This document shows positions 58,081 through 64,000 of a DNA stretch of 64,000 bases, piece by piece. The DNA is taken from IMG/VR virus record IMGVR_UViG_3300036949_000060; one strand, given 5' to 3'. This DNA comes from an uncultured virus (IMG/VR IMGVR_UViG_3300036949_000060). Its lineage: Duplodnaviria; Heunggongvirae; Uroviricota; Caudoviricetes. Under the pieces are notes generated by a model. That model was given only the letters and a program-made list of their open reading frames with translations. It was not told the origin of the DNA and searched no databases. Numbering within the stretch: position 1 is the stretch's first letter; each line of letters begins with the position of its first letter. The translations under genes and the position numbers were made by a program.

Positions 58081-58950
58081 TTAATTCATAAAGGTATTTC
58101 CGCTACATCCGCATCCACCGTTGCAAGTAAAGATAGGGGTTCTGCCGTACACGGGGGTTGAAGGAACAGGGCAGTTGGAAAGTCTGTTATAGAGCTGATC
58201 GACTTCATCACTGAATCCCTGAGAGATAAACGCGTTCTGAGCAGTCTGAGACTCGCGAAGGGTAGCCATGTTAAGCTGCTGGCGAAGCTGCGCGATGGTA
58301 TCATTCTTAGCATCCAGTTCAAGGGAGCAGAGCTTATCGAGAATAGCCTGAGTGCCCTTGTTCTGAGAGTCGATGATATCACGGGTGTTATTTGCGTCAG
58401 CAAATCTTGTAGCATTAGCCTCGTTCTGAACGATGTTCTGAGTCTGACAGGTAGCAAGTCTGTTATCGCAGCAGCACTGAGCAAGCTGAGACTGAACAGA
58501 ATTGAATCCCTGATTCATCGCGGTCTGTCCGGCAAATGCGGTCTGCATATTGGCGATCTGTCTTGCGTTTGCGCCCTGTTCTACTCCGGCAAAGCCGTTG
58601 GCAAGAGCCATCTGAGTGTCGGAACAGCAGTTGCAAAGCTGGGTTGACAAAGAAGAAATGCCGTCGCGGATTCCGGTAATGCCGTCATTAATCATCGCAT
58701 CCCTGAAGCCGTTGTTGGTATTAGTCATAATGTTCTGCTGTCCGTTTGCGAGCCAAGGATAGTCACCGCCAAAACCGCCGCCGAAGCCGCCGTTTCCGCC
58801 CCATCCATTGTTGCCCCATCCGAGAAGAAGCAGCAAAATGATCCAAGCCCAATCGCCGCCGAATGCGTTTCCGAATCCTCCCCCGTTTCCGCCGGTAGGA
58901 GAAACAAGCATAGTTGCGCCAATTCCGCCGTTTTCGTCTGTTAAAGCCAT
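58081..58950 (-). CDS. Gly-rich membrane / coiled-coil protein with Cys clusters
   Basis: WAWIILLLLLGWG within GGNGG repeats; CNCC, QCCC, GCGC; RBS GGAGGT. Confidence 0.8.
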   Translation of the reverse strand: MALTDENGGIGATMLVSPTGGNGGGFGNAFGGDWAWIILLLLLGWGNNGWGGNGGFGGGFGGDYPWLANGQQNIMTNTNNGFRDAMINDGITGIRDGISSLSTQLCNCCSDTQMALANGFAGVEQGANARQIANMQTAFAGQTAMNQGFNSVQSQLAQCCCDNRLATCQTQNIVQNEANATRFADANNTRDIIDSQNKGTQAILDKLCSLELDAKNDTIAQLRQQLNMATLRESQTAQNAFISQGFSDEVDQLYNRLSNCPVPSTPVYGRTPIFTCNGGCGCSGNTFMN

Positions 58951-59029
58951 AATTTTACCTCCTATAACTTTTGTTAGGTTAGGGAATACACTCGTACGCT
59001 GTGTAGTCCGTATATAAGGCACGTCTGCC

Positions 59030-59245
59030 TTACTTTCTCATAAGTTGCTGTATCATGGGATTGTTTCTCATGCTCATAACCTGATTGATCTGTTGCTGAG
59101 AAACCTGATTTGTGTTGATAAGATACTGAAGAATGCTGCTCGGGTCGTTCATATCCACATTATTTGGGATATTAAACCGTCTCGACAGCATTTGTAACGG
59201 GTTTTGCCGAAATTGCTGATACATTGAAAAGATATCATTCATCAT
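59030..59245 (-). CDS. Small Q/N/M-rich protein
   Basis: QQFRQNP.Q.L...NDP..ILQYL...QVSQQQ. Confidence 0.75.
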   Translation of the reverse strand: MMNDIFSMYQQFRQNPLQMLSRRFNIPNNVDMNDPSSILQYLINTNQVSQQQINQVMSMRNNPMIQQLMRK

Positions 59246-59729
59246 CGTCGTCCTCGTCTTTTGGAACCTTCTTAGGTGCGGGTTTGGTTATGCTCTTGAG
59301 CTTTTCTTTAATTGCTTTTACATCAGCCTTAATCGCCTCAATTTCGCTTATTAATCCCTCAAGTGTATCATTTATTGCCTTGTTATCGTTTCTATCGTCC
59401 TCGGGCGAATTTGAGGGTTCCTCGGGTTCCTCTTTGACAAGCCTATACTTTTCAATCTTGGGTGAGTCCAACTGAGAAAAGCCCATTGATTTTTCCATGA
59501 CATACGGCTTACCCTCAATCTTGAAAGTGACACAATTTCCGAGAGCAACCGGATATGTGCGGACATATTCTTCATTTGGTGCTGTCAGGAACCCGCCGTT
59601 CTGAATCTGCTGAATAGGCTGTTGAGGAATCTGCTGAGCCATCTGCTGAGGCATCTGCTGCTGCATCTGCTGCTGAGGCTGATATCCGTACTGCTGAGGA
59701 TATTGATAAGGGCTGTAAAAGTTAGGCAT
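59235..59729 (-). CDS. Protein with a Q/P/Y-rich N-terminus and coiled-coil C-terminus
   Basis: PYQYPQQYGYQPQQQMQQQ...YPVA.GN.V. Confidence 0.8.
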   Translation of the reverse strand: MPNFYSPYQYPQQYGYQPQQQMQQQMPQQMAQQIPQQPIQQIQNGGFLTAPNEEYVRTYPVALGNCVTFKIEGKPYVMEKSMGFSQLDSPKIEKYRLVKEEPEEPSNSPEDDRNDNKAINDTLEGLISEIEAIKADVKAIKEKLKSITKPAPKKVPKDEDDDDE

Positions 59730-59731
59730 GT

Positions 59732-60109
59732 TTACTCCTTTCTATACCATACATACACGGGAATTTCTCTTGAAGAATCCCAACTATCATATATATCGCC
59801 GTCTATCGCACAAACGGTATGCGTTCCAGTCCCCAAAACAAATACCCCTTTAGGATTATCTCGGCAGAAATCACTTATTGTGTAACAATTCGGGCATAAG
59901 TTGGGGATAGTTTTGCGGTAGAAACCTCTTTCACGAAGAACAGATCCCCAAACAGAATCCGCATGAGGCATATCGCCCATAGCAAGGCCGTTTGAACAAA
60001 TTTCAATATAGGCATCCTCCCATTCTATATTAAGTGCTTTTGAGACGGCTCTAATAGCGCAGTCGTCTACACTTCTTCCTGTTGGGTTGGGGTTATAATG
60101 AATCCACAT
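59732..60109 (-). CDS. Putative papain-like Cys protease/transferase
   Basis: NPNP....DCAIRA ... H.VC.IDG..YDSWD (Cys-His-Asp). Confidence 0.6.
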   Translation of the reverse strand: MWIHYNPNPTGRSVDDCAIRAVSKALNIEWEDAYIEICSNGLAMGDMPHADSVWGSVLRERGFYRKTIPNLCPNCYTISDFCRDNPKGVFVLGTGTHTVCAIDGDIYDSWDSSREIPVYVWYRKE

Positions 60110-60195
60110 TTCCTTATCTCCTTGTATTAAATTACAACACTAAAAAAGCACCCTCACAATGATGTGAAAGTGCATTTTTAGTGTAAGTTATGTGA

Positions 60196-60408
60196 TTATA
60201 GATGTTTAAAGACTTTTTCTTCGCATTTATAGACTATGGCTTTTGTTTGCCGAACAGACAGGCCAAATTCTTCGCTAAGCTTTTCAAAGGTGATACCGTC
60301 AAACAATCTTCTACGCAAAATAGCTCTATCGCGCTCTGCATTCTTGCCAATTATCCATTCTGCAATCAGTGAGTCTAACTCTGACTTTGAAACATTCTCG
60401 GGGATCAT
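60196..60408 (-). CDS. Sigma-70 region 4-like HTH regulator
   Basis: RDR.IL.RRL.DGITFE.L.EEF.LS.RQ.K.I. Confidence 0.75.
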   Translation of the reverse strand: MIPENVSKSELDSLIAEWIIGKNAERDRAILRRRLFDGITFEKLSEEFGLSVRQTKAIVYKCEEKVFKHL

Positions 60409-60542
60409 CGCTTTTTTGCTCCACGGCCTACATTCCGCACGCGCCCTGTCCCTTTACAATGAGGGCAAGTGTGATAGCCGGAATTACCGCCCACTCGTCT
60501 TGTTCTGCGTCTCGTCCTCACTCTCTGTGTCACTCTCGCCAT
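60405..60542 (-). CDS. 45-aa Arg-rich protein with a DnaJ-type CxxCxGxG motif (below the ORF-track cutoff)
   Basis: MARVTQRVRTRRRTRR...CPHCKGTGRV; RBS GGAG; ATGA overlap with the next gene. Confidence 0.7.
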   Translation of the reverse strand: MARVTQRVRTRRRTRRVGGNSGYHTCPHCKGTGRVRNVGRGAKKR

Positions 60543-60777
60543 GATAATCTCCTATGCCTATGACCGTAAAATCGCCCTCGGCCTCAATTTCCTGTTCAAC
60601 CTCTTGCTCGTAGTATTCCCACTGGCTCTCATACCATATCCACATGGCGTTGGTTCCCACAAGTAAGACTATGAGCAGTATACACATTATCCACAATCTC
60701 TTAATGGTGAGTGATTGCCTATCTGCCATAGCCTCAAACACACAAAAAGGGATTGTGGAATTGTCTTTACCATTCAT
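60484..60777 (-). CDS. Single-TM protein with acidic C-terminus
   Basis: KRLWIMCILLIVLLVGTNAMWIWYE. Confidence 0.7.
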   Translation of the reverse strand: MNGKDNSTIPFCVFEAMADRQSLTIKRLWIMCILLIVLLVGTNAMWIWYESQWEYYEQEVEQEIEAEGDFTVIGIGDYHGESDTESEDETQNKTSGR

Positions 60778-60979
60778 TGTCGGAATCCTTGTTGCTGGCA
60801 TCTACAAGTCCCTCGCCAATTACATACCCGATTACGGTAGCTCCAGCCATGATAAGCGATGCTACCTGAGCAGCTTCATTCTCAGTCCCGCCGAGAGCAA
60901 CGATCAGAAGCGAAACGAAAGCACATATACTGACCCAAAGTTTTCTTGATGTAAGTTTTCTTTTCCAATCAATCTTCAT
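60767..60979 (-). CDS. Holin
   Basis: IDWKRKLTSRKLW...YVIGEGLVD; two TM helices. Confidence 0.8.
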   Translation of the reverse strand: MKIDWKRKLTSRKLWVSICAFVSLLIVALGGTENEAAQVASLIMAGATVIGYVIGEGLVDASNKDSDNEW

Positions 60980-60991
60980 GGTATTCCTCCT

Positions 60992-61327
60992 CTACTGTAA
61001 ACCCAATTTACATGCAATATAGCCGATTACGATGGAAACAACCGATATGACAATGTGTGATACCACTTTTCGCCATATCTCGCCATCGCGATCTTCCAAT
61101 TTCCTGATTCTGTCGCTTTGATCGTTGAGGTTTTCGCCCTGCCTCGCCTGTTCGCGGACCATGTGCTCCATGTTGGTAGCAAGTCTTTCGACAGACGTGG
61201 CGATTGATGAAATAGACTCAATAGCTAACTCAAGTTTTGAAATCCGGTGGTTTTGTCTGTTATCTTCTTCTTCCATTCGCTTAACAAACTCCTCGTGGAC
61301 ATCCTTGCGTACATACTCGTCTGACAT
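60992..61327 (-). CDS. XhlA-like coiled-coil protein with C-terminal TM (lysis accessory)
   Basis: RQNHRI..LE...SVERLA.NME.M; terminal hydrophobic helix. Confidence 0.7.
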   Translation of the reverse strand: MSDEYVRKDVHEEFVKRMEEEDNRQNHRISKLELAIESISSIATSVERLATNMEHMVREQARQGENLNDQSDRIRKLEDRDGEIWRKVVSHIVISVVSIVIGYIACKLGLQ

Positions 61328-61337
61328 TTCCCACACC

Positions 61338-62852
61338 TCATACAATCTTAATATACTGGCCTATCTGTATTAAATTCGGGTTTTTAATCCCGTTTGCCTC
61401 GGCAAGTGCTTTAACGGTAGTGTTATATCGCTTTGCTATGGCTGAAAGAGTATCTCCGCGCTTTACTGTAATACCCAAGATGGTTTTTGCCGTCTCGGTC
61501 ACTACATACGGCTTGCCGGTCTCTTTACGCTGAGCCACTATTTCATCGACCCTCTTTTGGACGGCTGAATAATCAAATCCGGCGTTTGTGAGCCTTATGC
61601 GCCTAAGAGGATTGTTGCCCCAAAGTCCGGCAAGAACCTCATTGGCTATCTGATCTACCGAAGCCTTTGCCTGAACGGGGACTATAACCTCCTGTTTAGG
61701 TAAATCCGGTTGATCGACCCACTCAATAAATATTTCATCCTGATCTACGACAGTTCCAGCAATCTTAGGATCACGGATGTAGTTTACAGACCCGCCGTAC
61801 TGCCAAATCTCAATAAGAGAAATGCTATTAAGATGCGGCTCTTTGTTTGAATACCTTGCAACCCAATGAGGGAAAAGAACAAGTTTATTATCGTCAAATC
61901 GGCTATTAAAATGGCTTTCACTTGTATAGATGCCGCAAGCATATCCGGCGTTTATCATGGTCTGACAGAAGGTTTGGATAATCTCGGTCAGGTGAGTATA
62001 TCCCTGATTGAGCATCGCCCCCTCCACATCATAGTAAACATGGGTGATTGCTTTTCCCTGAAGGCACTGTATAAAGAAATTAGCCTCATTGATTGCGTCG
62101 GTCGTGCTGAATGCGTTTCCAAAAAAGTAAGCCCCGATCTTCCATGCTCCGGCCCTTGCCTGAGTGTAGAAATTCTCAAACTGAGAATCTTTATAAGGCA
62201 CCTTATTTGAGGTATCAGCTCCGCCCGCCTTTATAATAACATACGAAAAGCCCTCATTCCACGCTTTTTTTAAATCAAATCCATTTTGCCATCTTGAAAC
62301 GTCTATCCCCTTGGGGTGAGTCGGAATAGAGGGGGTCTCGTTTGAGTATTCTACCCATGGCAGAAGGCCGTGATCCGTCCATGATCTTCCCTTAGAAGTT
62401 GAGCCTTTATAAAGATACCTCTCACCTTTTTCATTGACGTAGGTATACTGAACCTTGCTGGCCCAGTCTGAAGTACACTCTATAACGTTGAATACCTCAT
62501 TCTGATAGGTGAAATCACCGACGTATATGCCGGAATGCTCATGGCCTTTATCAGAGATATAGAGGTATGTTCCGGCTTTTTTAAGCTGCGTAAAGTCTTT
62601 TGATCTTTCCGTGCATTGTAAAAGCAAGTGATATCCGTCAACATCGCCCGTAGGAAAATCTTTCGGGCTTATGTAAGAGCCTATGACTCCTGTGGGAGAC
62701 CAATTTGCAAGGACGCATTTTATGAGATTCCAACAATCAAACGAGTACCTTTTGCCGTCATAATATCCGCAATTATACGGAAATTTGTTGTTATAGTAAT
62801 TGGGTACATCATGGGCCAGCTTTAACTTTTCGATAAAATCTTTAACAAGCAT
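61338..62852 (-). CDS. Endolysin B: NlpC/P60-like + GH25 muramidase + CW_7 + LysM
   Basis: [47 protein letters not shown]...NPNLI. Confidence 0.9.
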   Translation of the reverse strand: MLVKDFIEKLKLAHDVPNYYNNKFPYNCGYYDGKRYSFDCWNLIKCVLANWSPTGVIGSYISPKDFPTGDVDGYHLLLQCTERSKDFTQLKKAGTYLYISDKGHEHSGIYVGDFTYQNEVFNVIECTSDWASKVQYTYVNEKGERYLYKGSTSKGRSWTDHGLLPWVEYSNETPSIPTHPKGIDVSRWQNGFDLKKAWNEGFSYVIIKAGGADTSNKVPYKDSQFENFYTQARAGAWKIGAYFFGNAFSTTDAINEANFFIQCLQGKAITHVYYDVEGAMLNQGYTHLTEIIQTFCQTMINAGYACGIYTSESHFNSRFDDNKLVLFPHWVARYSNKEPHLNSISLIEIWQYGGSVNYIRDPKIAGTVVDQDEIFIEWVDQPDLPKQEVIVPVQAKASVDQIANEVLAGLWGNNPLRRIRLTNAGFDYSAVQKRVDEIVAQRKETGKPYVVTETAKTILGITVKRGDTLSAIAKRYNTTVKALAEANGIKNPNLIQIGQYIKIV

Positions 62853-63068
62853 TTAGCCCTCCTCGGTGTTTCTTTCGTATCGGTCTGTTTTGAGCACAAA
62901 ACCCGTGTCGTCTATGATCTCCCCGAAAACATATTTGCAATTTGCATCACCCACACATGCCCTCATACTTCCGTACAGATTAATCAGGGCAAGCTCCATA
63001 GTGTTGAAATGGGTAATAGTCCTTTCGTGGGTTTCGTTTGCCATAGTCTTTAATAGTAATACATTCAT
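62853..63068 (-). CDS. Small tail-end protein, allele B
   Basis: Homolog of 17376-17600. Confidence 0.75.
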   Translation of the reverse strand: MNVLLLKTMANETHERTITHFNTMELALINLYGSMRACVGDANCKYVFGEIIDDTGFVLKTDRYERNTEEG

Positions 63069-64000
63069 CGGAGGTTCTTCTTTATTCAAGTTCCAAAGAT
63101 ATTGTTATCGCTACTTGTTTTCCTTTAGGTACTACGATAGGTTTACCGAGAACGGTACGGGTCAAAAGTACGTTATGTGCTTTGCTGTTTGCTGTTCCCG
63201 ATTTTTGAGCGTAGCCGACCTCGGTAATTGTGACATCACTTTCCGAATTGTTCGCATACGTTGTGGTAAGGTTTCGGATATACGGATAAGTTGCACTTGC
63301 AACAAAACCATTGGATACGAACGTTAAAACGGGTGAGTCCACGGCGTTTGATTCCGCTAGTATATAATCGTCTTTATCTTCGGGTGTGTTGCCAAAACCA
63401 ACATCTATATATGAACCCGCAAGGCTATTCGAGAAAAATGCCGCCGCATTGTTGGTATTTGCGACTACAGTTCCACCGCCGTTGTTTTGCGTGACAGTAG
63501 TTCCGTCGAAACCAACAAAACTTTGGTTTGAGAAGTGCCACCTTAAATAATTTGTAAGTTGCATCGTATCTCCTTTACGATATTACATAACTGATCTGCT
63601 CTTTAATCCTTGACCGCATTTGTCCGACCATTGAATACATTTTCATATTTCCACCGCCCCCGCTCGGAGCGTATACGTTTTGGGTTGTTCCGTTGATTGT
63701 GATTTCTGCGATTTTCTCGCCCTTTGTGTATATCTGATTCCATGATACAGAGTCGCCACTACCGCCCCCGCCCGTAACGTTTACAACAGTGCGGTCATTG
63801 GCTGAATCGTCTGTTACCGTAACCCCGCCCGTAAATTGCAATTTTCCCCTTGCGGGCATATCTGTACCCGAGGGGTTTTCTATTGTGTGACCCGCTGAAC
63901 CGCCCCCACCCATATTTGAGTCGATATTATCCATGTTGCGGTTATAGCTTTGTAGGAAGTCCCCGAAAGGGTCACTCGGTGCGGGTTTTTCTAATCCGTA
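62950..64000. repeat. Direct repeat, copy 2 (matches 17482-18532); runs off the window end
   Basis: Includes the duplicate genes 63082-63564 and 63575 onward. Confidence 0.95.

Larger units (their letters stand above)
17482..62949. mobile_element. Phage B, complete 45,468-bp genome unit (siphovirus, SPP1-type portal)
   Basis: All modules are present once and the sequence repeats with a 45,468-bp offset. Confidence 0.85.

Noticed and set aside
1..64000. tRNA, rRNA, IS transposases, introns or inteins
   Set aside because: No cloverleaf/T-loop signature, DDE transposase or interrupted core gene recognised by eye; tRNAscan and Infernal were not run

Overview
The window is entirely temperate siphophage DNA, probably from a Bacillota (Clostridia-like) host, and is a mosaic of at least two phages. 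(1) 1-~15,695 is the early/middle arm of phage A on the minus strand: cos-like end and HNH, late activator, a two-domain glycosyltransferase plus a nucleotidyltransferase, PcfJ/RNase H/HUH rolling-circle Rep, an SleB-like hydrolase and xis/cro. It ends on the plus strand with cI and a truncated integrase, and it carries several deletion scars. (2) 15,871-17,481 is a CHAP-type lysis cassette joined to the tail end of phage B. (3) 17,482-62,949 is one complete 45,468-bp unit of phage B, and its first ~1.05 kb is repeated at 62,950-64,000. It contains tail, head and terminase genes, a pac-like region with clustered GATC sites and LexA-type boxes, an oppositely oriented block of anti-defence-like genes (ArdC-like, DUF3560-like, FtsK-like, CARF-like), replication/recombination genes, two methylases, cro and int with no cI, an array of shuffled small ORFs, and a second, unrelated lysis cassette. 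The most intriguing element is a six-gene operon at 57.2-60.1 kb (papain-like Cys protease, Q- and Q/N-rich proteins, a Gly-rich membrane coiled-coil with Cys clusters, a BclA/TNF-like beta-sandwich, an R/G/Y/S-repeat protein) lying behind a sigma-region-4/Zn-finger/membrane trio. All family assignments come from motif recognition by eye; no database searches were run.
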